A program made the position numbers and the translations under genes. From Octopus bimaculoides (Eukaryota), in NCBI RefSeq assembly GCF_001194135.2, contig NC_068985.1:118961503-119002861 (forward strand): a DNA stretch of 41,359 nucleotides. The letters run 5' to 3'. This document shows, one piece after another, positions 23,376 to 36,061 of this stretch. Under the pieces are notes generated by a model. It made no database searches. It saw nothing but the letters and a program-made list of their open reading frames with translations, and was not told where the DNA came from. Numbering within the stretch: position 1 is the first letter of the stretch; each line of letters begins with the position of its first letter.

Positions 23376-23864
23376 TGTGTCTGCTGGCTCTACTGGGATA
23401 AAATGCTAAGAATTATACACTGAAAGGTAATTTGATAAAGGGACCAACTACCTCTGCTACCTCATGATCATCATAAAACTATACAATAAAGATTTCTATC
23501 TATAACAACAGTCTCATATCTTTAGGACTGAAGAAAGAAGTAAAAGCTGTAATGTTTAATACCATTCTCAAGGAATATGAAAAGCAACACCAATGAAATG
23601 AAAGGAGATGCATCAGACTAGCAAATGAAGCTGCATTACAAATACATTTTACTGTGAAGTTATCACCATAACAATAACAATAACAACATGTATAAAATTG
23701 GTGCAAGGCCACCTGTTTTCAATGAAAGGTGTAGTTGCTACAATCGACCCCAATATCAAACAAATACCTATTTTAGCAACCCTGGAATGATCAAAGGCAA
23801 GGTCAAATCTGGTGGGATATGAACTCAGAATGTAAAGGTCTATAGCTAAATTAAAAAGAAAAAA

Positions 23865-24097
23865 TAAATGTGCCCTTTTAAAGCCTAGCCAGGCTCATGA
23901 GCCCGGTTTCCCGGTTTCAATGGCGTATGTGTTCCCCAGCTGGACGAGACGCCAGTCTATTGCAGCGTTACTCATTTTTGCCAGCTGAGTGGACTGGAGC
24001 AACGTGAAATGAAGTGTTTTGTTCAAGAACACAACGCGTCACCACGGTCTTACGATCATGGTGCTGACACCCTAACCACTAAGCCACACACCTCCAC
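23865..24097 (-). mobile_element. CORE-type tRNA SINE with a different 3' tail (head internally deleted)
   Basis: Shares CTGGAGCAACGTGAAATxAAGTGTxTTGxTCAAGAACAC with family B; A-box TGGCTTAGTGG on the minus strand near 24085. Confidence 0.75.
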
Positions 24098-26121
24098 TCT
24101 ATAGTTAAATACTGCAAGCTATTTTGTTCTGCTTTCCATCATTTCTGTTACTCCAGCTCCCTACAAACAACAATAATAATGATACATACCACAACAATAA
24201 TAAGCTGTCACAAGAATCTTTATGTGGTAACTTGACATACTAGAAAGAGCAGCCAAATCTCCATCAAATGGCATTCTAGAATCTTAAATAAAGCAAGGAC
24301 ACTTAAGATAATTTACTCTACAACCTTAACTAAAACAAGGACATGTTAGATAATGTAGCCTTACACACCCACCACAAAAAATTGGAGAGTTATGGTTGGA
24401 ATACCTTTGCATATAGGTTTGGTTGATCAGGGTTGGCCCAGGGTGAAACAATAATGACAAGAAGAATCTCTAGGCTTTGTAACTTTCCTGTAAGGTGTTG
24501 ATGGAGATATTTGAGTAAGGAGATTTCTCTAAATTTCTACAATGAGTAATTAGTTGTTTGATTATCTGAACAATTGAATTGACGTGTAAGTGGCTGTGTA
24601 TTCCACATATCATGTAAACTTCAAGCTGTATCAGCATGATATAGTGTGACAAGGCTCGACCATTTAAATTACAAGTAAAAGTCACCAGATGGCCTCCAGT
24701 ACATGCACAGGGTTTGGGTCATTCTGATGTTATGGTATATAACACTTGCTTGAGATGTGCATAGTATAACTGAACTTGAGACCTTGTAATTACAAAGTGA
24801 ACATTTTTAACCATTTGGCCATACTGTGTTCACAAGGGAGAAAATATAACTTACTCAAACCTCAGGGGGGGGGGCTGTGTCAGCTCTGATTAAGCACAGT
24901 GCTCTTGTGTCAGCACTGATTAGGCAGAACTATAACCAAAGATATTCAAGACATGATTAACCTATCATATTTTCATGAATAATGTGCCTTGGAGTACATT
25001 ATCTAGCATGTCCTTTTTTGAAATGATAGGGCAATAATTCTCGTAGGCTGAGTAACTGTGTCGAAGCTTCCTTATTGTATGTCATGTTTGTTTTTTTAAC
25101 CTCAAACACTGTTGATTGAGTAAGCTAATAATCTAAGACCTCTAACCATGACCACCTCTTCGATTTATATACCTAGGATTACATTGTTCAATATGTTTCT
25201 TTGTTTTTTAAAGAATGCATGGATGTGATTTGAGAGAGATTTGGAATCCATGTACAGGCCACTTTATTGGCTTGTGGAACTTCTGATATGGCCAAATCAG
25301 TGAGGCATAATGATAAACTCATAGATAACAAGTTTAAATCTTTTGTGAGTATATCATTGTATTTCTGTACAGAACATTATACTCTTAATGTACTCTAGTT
25401 CTCTTAATCCAGTTTATCTAGGTGTATTACCAACAATAGACAGAATTCTATAAAGGGGTAGATTAAACTCTCTCATCTGATTAACGCACAAACCAGGGAA
25501 GGAGTCACTATGTGGTCATTCAAACTGCTAGCAATAACTGATAAATAACTCTGGAACCAAAACCTACTGTCTTAAAATGGTAAAAAAAAAAAAAAAGGTG
25601 GGGAACACATTGAATGATGTTGATCAGAGTACATTTTCTCTTTATTACAGTCCAATCAACTGTTTGTTAATCCCCTTCTGGATGAAACCTTAGCATACTG
25701 CTACCAGCTTATCTATATTCTAGTTGCAGGCCTACCTGACCATAGTGACCAACTGTAGGTTGAATGGAATGCTTTCATGTTCAGATGATTAGTCCTGGAC
25801 ATTGGTACCAAGACAGAATGAAAAGAGCAGAAAGAAATGCCACAAAGCAGCTTTTTCAGCACTGTAATAGTCCCTCAAGACTATTGCTCAAATATGAGGG
25901 TGTGTGGTCAAGTGGTTACGATGTTGTATGCATAACTGTGAGATCATAGGTTTAATTTCAGGACCAGGCTGTACATTGTATTCTTGAGCAAAACACGTTG
26001 TCTCACATTGCTCTGTGATAACTTCAACATCTGACATTGGCATGCTATGCACCTGTACAAGCAATGTTGATTTGATGGAGGTAATGTGCCTATGTACAGC
26101 ACAGACATTCGATCACTTTTT

Positions 26122-26459
26122 TTGAGACCCCCTTTGGTCATGAATGACCATAGAATTGCACCTAGAAAGTTATCCTCCCAGGAACAAGTCCGGGCAAGGT
26201 TGTTTTATGGAAGACCAGCAGTTGCCTATGCATACCAGCCTTCCCTCTCCACACCACTGATATTATCCAAGGGAAAGGTAAAGGCCGATACAGCTTGGCA
26301 TCTGTGACGTCGCAACTCATTTCTACAGCTGAGTGAACTGGAGCAACGTGAAATAAAGTGTCTTGCTCAAGAACACAGCACGCAGCCCGGTCCGGGATTC
26401 GAACTCACAACCTCACGATCGTAAGCTTGACACTCTAACCACTGAGCCATGTGCCTTCC
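26122..26459 (-). mobile_element. tRNA-derived CORE-type SINE (family B), well preserved with intact Pol III boxes
   Basis: Minus strand A-box TGGCTCAGTGG (26449-26439), B-box GTTCGAATCCC (26404-26394), then TGTGTTCTTGAGCAAGACACTTTATTTCACGTTGCTCCAG. Confidence 0.85.
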
Positions 26460-27371
26460 CTATATTTGATCACTATAAACAAATAATTTGTGCAGGTTGT
26501 TCAACAAGAAATTACAAAGCCCTCAAGCCCTCATCTGTCATCTACAACAGGAGAAACCATGATTCCTCAATCAGGATTGACCTGAGACTAAACAACAGCG
26601 ACAACCCAGCAACTAAAACTAAAGCTTGTGAAACATTTAGATTACATTACCAGTATTTACAAACCAGTGATTGAGCAGCTATGTAGTCACTCACCATAAT
26701 CTAATAACAAAATTTCTACTCAACAAAGTCCTTACTTTGTCTTTTCATTGTTTCTTTTTTATTTATTGCTAATGAACATAGATTTTAAAGCAGCATGTCC
26801 GTCAACAATAATAAAACATCCATGATTTGAATGCAAATTGAATGAAGTATAACTATAAGCAACATACCAGACATTCTATAAGTTATGTAGCATATCCAGA
26901 GGTACATAGGACACTCCTTTTGTATTTGATAAGTTATCTTTATGACTTAAGTTTACTTGAAGAAAATTTAATAGATGCTATTCTGTGAAACAAACAAGTG
27001 GGTATGGTATCAGTCTATTTATTCGTGAGTTAGGTGTTCCAATCCACTCTATAAATTTTGTTAAATTTCAGAGCAGAACATTTTATTTTACATTTCCGCA
27101 GTTCCCCTAGGACAGAAATTAGCAACTTCTTTTTGTAATGACCCACTTCTGAATTTTTAACATTTGCTCATGCCCTAGCTGTAGGTAACGGATACCAGAT
27201 CATCAGGGAGTGTTACCTGTGATAGAGGGTAACATGTTAGGTTGAAGATTTATTTCTAATCTGCTTCACTCTGAGCAGTGAACTCAGGCTTGTCTTGCAC
27301 TCTTGTGGCTATTCTTGCATTAAATACTAGTTTCTTCCACAGGCAATAAGCTGTATATTTTTTAAGAAGGA

Positions 27372-28745
27372 CAGAGTTGACAGAAATTGATCCCAGTATA
27401 TAAATGATACTTATTTTATTGTCCCAAGAGGAATGAAAAGTGCTGTGAAGTTCAGCAGGGTTTGAACTCAGAAGACTGCAGGAAAAGAAAACAAAAGAAA
27501 GTGAATCTTTGTTTTCCCAATTGGTACATAAAACCACAAATATATAGCTAATTGAGTTTAAAATCTTCGAAAACACTTTTGACATTTGAAGGATAAAAGG
27601 CAAAAACGAAACCTACCAGGATTTGAACTCAAAACAAACACAGATCAACATTTAGATAAGGTCTGAGACCCCCAGAAAACACCTAAGTGGCCCATTTGTG
27701 AGGTCTGCTAACCATCTATTTCTAATCCCTGTCCTAGGTTGTTGTCAATGGGTACCAGGTCATTGGAAATGTTATTTGCAAAATACTTCTAGGTGAATTT
27801 TTATTAGGTATTTTAATCTACTGTTTTATCAGTTGTGGAAGGATGAAAGGTAGAGTCAGTCCAATAAGATTTGAATTCAAATCTTAGAAAAACCAAAGTA
27901 AATACTGTGAAGCATTTAGTTATATTTTCTGTTACTTCTCTCGTATTCAGAAATAACAAGTAATTATAATGAACATATTTCTAACACTGACACAAAACTA
28001 AAAATTGGGACGAGGGACAGAAACAGAAGCAGAAGGCCAGAAGTTTTTGGTTATGGGGAGTGGTCAATCATATCGACCTCAGTACTTAACAGGTACTTTA
28101 TTTTAATCAACCTGGGAAAGATGAAAGTCAAATACAATATAGACGGTATGTGAACACAGAACTTATGTAAAGGGCTGTAACTAAATACCCCAAAGCATTT
28201 AGTTCGACACTCTAACGATTCTGCCAGTGGCTTCTTTTAGATAAACACAAGGTCAGTTTTGTGAAAGCAATAGAATATAGTCGACTGAATAATCCTTATA
28301 CTTATTACTGGTACTTATTTTAGTGACAGAGTAAGGATGTTGACCTTGGAAGAATTTGAACGCGAAAACATGAACAACAGAATCAGCTACTAAGATTAAA
28401 CATGATTAGCACCAATTTTAGTATGTCTGTCGCCTTCTTCTGTCACATATAATGAGCTTAAAATATTTAATATCATGAAGCAACAGACCTAATATCACAC
28501 TCGAATTATTGGGTATTCTCACCACCCAATAATAATAACAATAATCTTTTCTTATTTTGGCACAACAAGGGGTGGGTAAGTCATATCGACCCAAGTGTTC
28601 AAGTGGTACTTATTTTATCGACCCTGAAAGGATGAAAAGCAAAGCCGGTCTAAGCGAATTTGAACTCAGAACGTAAAGAGCCGGAAGGAATGCCGCTAAG
28701 CATTTTTGTCTGACCGCGCAAACGATTTGGCCAGCCCACCGCCTT
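27372..28745 (-). mobile_element. Second cluster of about six same-orientation SINE family A copies or fragments; best-preserved copy at 28545-28745
   Basis: Repeated GGATGAAA..ATTTGAAxTCA motifs at about 27440-27470, 27590-27630, 27840-27880, 28120-28160, 28340-28360 and 28630-28670. Confidence 0.65.
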
Positions 28746-28859
28746 TTATTTATTTCTTTAGTTTATTTATTTTTACATAAACATAAGACTTCAGCCTTTT
28801 AAGCGATGACAAAACAAGGCTGCGATGTTAATGTTTTTCCAAAATATAATCTTAATATA

Positions 28860-29012
28860 AAGGATTAATAGAATGGTTAGAGCGTCGAACAAAATGATTT
28901 GCGGTATTTAGATACAGCCCCTTTTTCCGCTTTGAGTTCAAATTTCATCATAGTTTATTTGACGTGACTTCTTTCCAGGGTCGAATAAAACAGTGTACCA
29001 ACCAAGTACTGT
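28860..29012 (+). mobile_element. Diverged SINE family A copy, inverted relative to 28545-28745
   Basis: AGAATGGTTAGAGCGTCG..TTTGAGTTCAAATTTC..TTTCCAGGGTCGAATAAAA..GTACC. Confidence 0.55.
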
Positions 29013-29622
29013 AGTTGATTTAAAATTCCTATGAGAAATAGATGTGAATGAAGACAAGGCACACATAAGCATAAAAATGAAAATGTCTTGAAACAGCTAT
29101 CGAAACCGGTTCACATAATCGATTCTCCAGGAGTTGTTAAACTCTTAACGGTGGTCGTTAAAAGAACAACATCATTATTGATTTGTTTGAAAAGAAAGGA
29201 AGAAATAAATATTGATTTCTTTTGATTAGGCACATGGCATCTGGTTTATAGAAGAGAATAAAGGAGACGTAGCTATTAAGATGTTTATCAAGGACATTAG
29301 AAGTTTAAATCACGACGAATGTAATAATTCCAATCGACCTAATAAAATAACACTTCGATACTAATGTCTGTTGATTTTCTTTTACATTTTATCCCTAATA
29401 CGTGTAAAAACAACTGTAAATGAATCCCCCCCTCCAAAAAAAAAAGAAAAGAAAAAATGTTCAATAAGTTGTGAGTAGGGTTTGTAACCGGATCGATTTT
29501 AACTGTGCATTACTGGAAAGAAAAAAACAATTTTGGTAAAGATAAATAAAAGGTCAAGGTCAAGTTTGCAAACGGAAATGGATGTGGTCAATTGAATGAA
29601 TGATCATCTTTAGCATATTACT

Positions 29623-29661
<39 letters not shown>

Positions 29662-29903
29662 ATACAACAGTATTACAAAAGCCTTAGAATGCTTTTAGTA
29701 AATTCGAAGAGGTGCATACAGGGAATGTGAAAGAGGCTAAATTGGCTTAGCAGGGATGAATATAGATATATACATGTATGTTTGTGTATATGGATGAATA
29801 TACATTTATGTGTGTGTATGTGTGTGTGTTTCACGTGTCTATAAGACAAAGTATGAAGTCAAATCAATAAAATCAATGAAAAGTGAAAATAAAATAAATT
29901 GTG

Positions 29904-29911
29904 ATTTACCT
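29904..29911 (-). other. 5' splice donor AG|GTAAAT ending the FBXL16 coding exon
   Basis: Minus strand reads TTGGACAG|GTAAATCAC; GT at 29909-29908; the protein stops about 100 aa short of the expected C-terminus here. Confidence 0.9.
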
Positions 29912-31105
29912 GTCCAAAACAAGTTCTTGTAGTTGACTTAAATCGCAAGCAATATATTCCAAAGAGGCGTCAGTAATTTTAGGACACCAAGATAAGTCCA
30001 AAAGGCGTAACTTCCGAAGATTTTCCGCTATAAGTTCAACTCCGTCATCTGTTATTTTACTGCAGCCCGATAGACTGAGGACGGTAAGATTTGGTAACGA
30101 ATGTACAATATTTACTATACCGTGATTAGTTATTTCCCAACACGACTGCAGACGAAGAATGCATAAGGTATAGCTCTGTTTGGCACTGAAGAAAGAAAGA
30201 GCAGCATCTGTAACATGGTAGGCTTGAAGATTGAGTTCGTACAGAGACGGAAGTAACTGTGCTATAGCGCCGACCGTATCGTCTGCTACATTGATGCAGT
30301 CGCTTACAGAAAGTGAGACAATTTTGGGGTTCAAACACGACCACAAACCGGTCTCTGTGATTTCATTACAACCAGAAAGTTCCAAACGATAAACAGAAGT
30401 CATTTTCTTAAACATCAATTCGAGCCCGACATCCGTTACATTTGAACAACGTACACTGATAGACCGAATTTGTTTCCTACAAGGGGGGAAATTGTTAACA
30501 AAGTCCTGAATATCTTCGTCTGTCGCCCCAAATAAACATATCGAGTCAAAGCCTCGCAGAATTAGGCTTTCGAAAAATTTATTTCTGCCTTCTACATCGT
30601 TACACCATTTTCGACATGATATAACAGGTATGACATCTGTCCAGTAACACACGTTATATAGAATATTTCTCCATCGTTTACACACTCGTGCTAAATCACC
30701 TTTCTCCTGAGGCGAAAAATACGAAAAGAAGCGGGACAGAAATTTCTCGTCTAAAAATAATTCTTGGACAGATGTGGGGCTATACCGCCCATTTAATATT
30801 CGCATCCTTCGAATGGCAACTGATGATACAGTTGAAGAGGTTGAAGAAGACGACGTGTTAATAACATTGCTGTTGTAGGTCTGGTTTGGTTTCGAAAGGC
30901 GCAAGATTTTGCCTCCAACCCCAGTTGTTGAAGACAAAGTATTGGGCACGGTTGACTTAGATGAGATTAACGAAGGAATTTGTGTCGTAATCGAAGCATC
31001 CTTTGACGAAGTGGATGCCGAAGCCTGAGGAGTCTGGTCCCTATGTAAACGAAGGCCCCTGATCCCATTCGACAATTCCATATAAGCCCTACGTATAGTC
31101 GACAT
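29910..31105 (-). CDS. FBXL16: First coding exon of F-box/LRR-repeat protein 16 (N-terminal extension, F-box, most LRRs); partial CDS continuing in downstream exons not found in this window
   Basis: The uninterrupted translation matches FBXL16 as I recall it: F-box LFLDEKFLSRFFSYFSPQEKGDLARVCKRWRNILY (about 30763-30653), then LRRs RLELSGCNEITETGLWS, SLSVSDCINVADD, LQAYHVTDAALSFF, CWEITNHGIVNIVHSLPNLTVLSLSGCSKITDDGVELIAENLRKLRLLDLSWCPKITDASLEYIACDL..LQELVLDR. The ORF-track start (31126) is a GTG; the first ATG is at 31105 (MSTIRR). The frame ends at GAC AG|GTAAAT, a phase-2 donor, with the apparent TAA lying inside the intron. Confidence 0.95.
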
Positions 31106-31478
31106 ATTATTCCACTTGCCCCACACTGTCCAGACACATGTACACGCTCGACAAGATATAACCCTACTGCTTTCCGATGAGCATGAATTACATTGGCATC
31201 TTTCACTACCGAGATAGAATTCTGGCTTGTTTTTATCACATGGTTTGATTTCTTCTAGTTTTCTTTGAATGTTTGCGGTTGTATTTTAGTACACCAATGC
31301 TTTCGGTCGGAGGCGTAATTTATTATGATTATTAATTGACCTTAAATTCTTCTACCAAACGGTCATGAAATCCTATTTAAGAAATTTATCTCGTGTACAA
31401 AGGTTTCGTTAAGTTTCTCGTTGAGGATAAAGATAGGCAGATATAGTGTGTTCTATAATATATATAAATTGGTAGGCA

Positions 31479-31640
31479 CTGAAAGGAAATATAACGAGTT
31501 ACACTCAAATACTAATTCCAGAGAGAGAGAGAGAGAGAGAGAGAGAAGGGGTGAAGGCAAAAGAGAAAGAGATAGAGGGATTGAGCAGAACGTTGTTTGA
31601 AAATAAAATCTCAAAAGAATAAAGAAAAACCTCAAGGAGT
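31479..31640 (-). promoter_or_regulatory. Candidate polypyrimidine tract and splice acceptor upstream of the FBXL16 ATG (would imply an upstream non-coding exon); could instead be promoter-proximal GA/CT-rich DNA
   Basis: Minus strand TATATTTCCTTTCAG|TG with AG at 31480-31479, preceded by (CT)n (31519-31547 as GA on +) and a long CT-rich run. No transcript evidence. Confidence 0.35.
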
Positions 31641-33487
31641 TATTAAATAGTGTGTGGATCGTGTCTTCTATCCGCTGCCCTTGTTAACGACGGCAGCATG
31701 AATTGCTCAAAGAAATTAAAGAGGAAGAGAGTGATAAAGAGAGGGGGGGAAAGTAGATAGAGTGGGAAAGGTTGAGAAGAGAAATCACATTTTAAGAATT
31801 TCTAAACTGGGTCGTTAAGACCGGAACATTTAATTCTTCTGGTCAATCACAGAGAATTCAACAAAAGCAACATTGGCTGACAGGAGAATAAAAAACACTG
31901 ATCAGAATATATCCCCCTTATATTATTATTGTTTTTAATTTGAACTGAGTGCTATTGTTTCTTTTTTTTCTTGTTTTTCTAAACAGATCTAACCTTGTTA
32001 TAATATATACTCTTTTAATGAGATACACACGCACATATATATTTACACAAAGTCTATATATGTCGATTATAAATGTGTGTGTGTTGGTGTTCGTGAATAA
32101 TAAATGAATTAGGTTTTTGTATATTAAACAGTAAACTGATATACCTATAATATGTATGTATATAATTTGATACAACTACACTACACTAGCTCTTGTTACA
32201 AACTGTTCCAAGGAATCGATATACAAGTGTTTGGTTCATGAAATATTTGCATAAAACTGAAGGGGAATCTTTCTATCATCGATTTCCTACATACATACAG
32301 TATAAATATATAATTATTTTCATTCAGATAAACGAGATGTTCAAGTTTTAAGAATAATTTAATTGCAGCTTTCTTATTACATTATTATTCTAATTCATTA
32401 AAAAAAAACATCGAAGATTATGTAAAGTTATAAGTGATAGTAGTAATAGCTGACTACACTAAAGTCTATGGCATGGAATTTTCAAATGTGTTGTGAAAAC
32501 CACATATCGATAATTAATGATACTAAATATAAAATCATCTGATAGCTTATTCTTTCGCTGCAGACAAATAATAGACAAGGTTAAAAGCGACGTTTTACAA
32601 TTTAGAAATGTAAATTTTTACAAGCTATGCATGGGTGGGGTTCGATTTGGACTTAATTATTATTTTTTTTTAAGTTGATACAAATTAATAAATTAGATCT
32701 GAATCGCAAATGGAGATAATTGATAAATAAAATTTACATTTCTAATTAGGCTTACTACACGATATAAAACAAACGAGGGGTGGTAGTGGGAATAAGCAAT
32801 AAGAATAGTAGTAGCAACAACAACAACGTTAACACAAGGGAAGTATCTATTAGTAAATTAATGTACTTCACTCCTTTCTAGATTTTCTCGCTTGTGCTGT
32901 ATAAATCACACTATATAATGATTGAATAAATGAATGATAGCCAGACAGACAAACAGATAGTGATAGATATAAATGGTAAATAGGTAGGTAGGGTATCCGT
33001 TTCCAGTATGAATGAATGTACTCCTTCCCCTCTGTCCGGAATCTTAAGCAGGGATGCCAGTTTTAGAAAGCTAAAAGGACCATGAAATATACAATATTAT
33101 GAAATAGTCGTAGTATAACAGATTATTGCTGTTTTATACTTTTTGGTCGGGAAAATTATTATTTTTTTGCATGCCAACTGGATGTCAAGCTTAAATAACA
33201 CCAGGAAATGTGTGTGTATGTTTGTATAAATGTATGTAAAGACAAATTATCATTTAAGCAGGTATAGTTTCACTTCCGACTTATGAATTATTTCTAGCGG
33301 TTTTGAGAGAGCTTTCACAATTTCAGGATCCTTTAGTGGTATGATTGCTTAAAGCAAAAAAAAACAAAAAAACTTTGCAATATATTTATATATTTTTCTC
33401 CCTGATTCACTTGGATGAATGCTGGTTTGAAAAAATCCACTCACGTTATTTCATTTTCACATACGCTTTTGCTTCAAATGTAGAGAG

Positions 33488-33551
<64 letters not shown>

Positions 33552-34808
33552 NNNNNNNNNNTTGTTTGATCAAATTAGAATAGATGTATTATGATCTGAA
33601 CGTAAAAAAAAAAAATCCCCACAGCTGTTTTTGTTTATCCTTTTTAGCTTCTTTTTCTTTCAGAAATAGATAGGCGATCGAACGAAACAAGCATTCAATC
33701 CAATGTAAGAAACAGGGTCATTGAAACAAACAAATAAAAAAGACGAAAATACATAGGAAATGAATGACTATACGGATGTATTGAAAGTGGTAGGCGAAAG
33801 AGCAAGTTTTGTTTAGGAATGAGCTCTCTTCTGAACAAGAAATATCAATCACATAATATGCGCATGAATATTCCGATAGAATATGTATATATATAGATGC
33901 ACATATATATTACACAAAGACACACGTATATATATATATATATAACTTTTCCACATGTATAATCAACTCATTTTATATGGACGCATAAAATGACACGTAT
34001 TGCAACCACACATCGTCCGCTTGTTTCTCTTTCGCTTTCTCTTTTCTTGTTTATCTCTCCTTTTTTTTTTTCCTATTTTCTTTTTCTTTTTAAATCCCTC
34101 GATTTGTGCGTGAATGAGCCAGTTCAATATTTTAGTAATTTTTCATTCTCTGATTTTCGCTTTCAGAGTATGCGGTTTATTTTCCCTCAGAGTTTTACAG
34201 ATATATGCAAATATATTTGGCATATAACATTTACACACACGTATAAAATATCCTTGTCTGTCGCAAATTATAAACAGAAGAAAATAAAGAAGAAAGATTC
34301 AGCTGAAGAGAATTCTTTTCCGTGCCATCCCAGAATGTTTGTCGGTGTAGTGGTCGGCTTCGCTGATTCCAAAACCAATCTCCACCTGAGCATGACAACA
34401 TTTGCGCATCTTCATGTGGGTGGCTTGTAAGTAGGAGTCTAACGACGAAGTGGTAGTAGTAGTGATAGTGTGGTTGTAATGGTAACGAAAATTCAACTAC
34501 CACCACCAAAACAAACACGTATATAAATATATATATATATATATATATAGTCGTAATAACAGAAGTGAAGGCTGAGGAGTAAAAAGCAATGCAATTATGT
34601 ATGTATGTATGTATGCATGCCTGCGAATGTGTTTGCAAGCATGAGAGGGGAGACAGAGAGAAATACAATGAAAAAGAGAGACAGATACAGACAAAATAAG
34701 AGAGAAAAACGGAATATAGGGCGAATAAAATAGAGACCAAAAAATATATAAAGTAAAGACTATGTTAAAAGGGAATCTATCTATCTTTCTCGTTCTATCC
34801 AACGATCG

Positions 34809-34809
<1 letters not shown>

Positions 34810-34845
<36 letters not shown>

Positions 34846-34994
34846 CATCTGTAATCAATAATTCTTTTATAGTTTCTGTTGTAGCTGTTATTATCAATGT
34901 CCCGTCAATGTCGATTTGTATTTTCCCCAATAACAATTAATCCTGCATCCTTTCCCTCCAACGTCACTATTATTGTTGTGGCTGTTATTGATAA

Positions 34995-35050
<56 letters not shown>

Positions 35051-35162
35051 CCGTATCGTTATAAATTGCCGTGCGGCAAATAGATACATTCTCTCACACA
35101 CGTACACACTCGTTCACAGATCACAGCTGACCGATTTATAGACACACACACACGCACACAAA

Positions 35163-35207
<45 letters not shown>

Positions 35208-35436
35208 GCACNNNNNNNNNNNNNNNNNNNNNNNNNNNNNNNNNNNNNNNNNNNNNNNNNNNNNNNNNNNNNNNNNNNNNNNNNNNNNNNNNNNNNNNNN
35301 NNNNNNNNNNNNNNNNNNNNNNNNNNNNNNNNNNNNNNNNNNNNNNNNNNNNNNNNNNNNNNNNNNNNNNNNNNNNNNNNNNNNNNNNNNNNNNNNNNNN
35401 NNNNNNNNNNNNNNNNNNNNNNNNTATATATATATA

Positions 35437-35471
<35 letters not shown>

Positions 35472-35577
35472 CAATTTGTACATATAGGTTTGTATACGAA
35501 TATTCATACATATACATTACATATATACATACATATACATATATAAATGCGTGTCTCTTTATATGTTTGTGTACACA

Positions 35578-35621
<44 letters not shown>

Positions 35622-35690
35622 TGTGTGAGTACGTTTGTGTATGTATGTATGTATGTATGTATGTATGTATGTATGTATGCGTGTATGTAT
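34810..35690. repeat. Microsatellite cluster: (TATC)n, (TAG)n, (CA)n, (TA)n, (TATG)n around a gap
   Basis: Direct reading. Confidence 0.95.
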
Positions 35691-36061
35691 ATAATGTTTG
35701 TCACATCACATGTATCTTTTACTTGTTTATCTATTGTATTCTATTATATATTATTTTATTGAACACTCTGCATTGCGATGTTCTCCCTTTATAACTCTTA
35801 CAGTAACTATTCAATATATACAATCCTTTCGTTGTGTACCCCGCTCCATCAACCAATATCCTTGCCCCTGTGGCTAATAAGGAATACATTCTAATTGACG
35901 TTGTTACTGCTTCTCTTGTTGGTCAGTGCTCTTATTGTATGCCTCCAGGTCAGTCCTGAACGAGCAGACGTACGTTGGAAAGCCTTCGCTCATATCCAAC
36001 GACTACTTTACTTTCTGTTTTGCTTTATTTCTTATTTTTATTTTATTTTTTTGTTATATTA

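Noticed and set aside
26394-26459. tRNA-like heads (also 19861-19935, 20740-20812) as tRNA genes
   Set aside because: No acceptor stem; each continues into a SINE body and tail.
29906-31126. ORF-track 406-aa protein taken as a complete intronless gene starting MWGKW
   Set aside because: The start is GTG and the stop lies inside a GTAAAT donor; the protein lacks the FBXL16 C-terminus.
31676-31699. GCTGCC..GGCAGC hairpin, and TTGCCG-TG-CGGCAA at about 35066-35079
   Set aside because: 6-bp stems are expected by chance; no terminator, miRNA or Helitron context is supportable.
31943-31948. TCAGTT initiator-like motif on the minus strand
   Set aside because: A hexamer is expected many times by chance in 41 kb; no TSS evidence.
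34299-34496. 65-aa minus-strand ORF (..MRKCCHAQVEIGFG..) as an upstream FBXL16 exon or small protein
   Set aside because: No recognisable homology, begins in a trinucleotide repeat, and no convincing donor site found.
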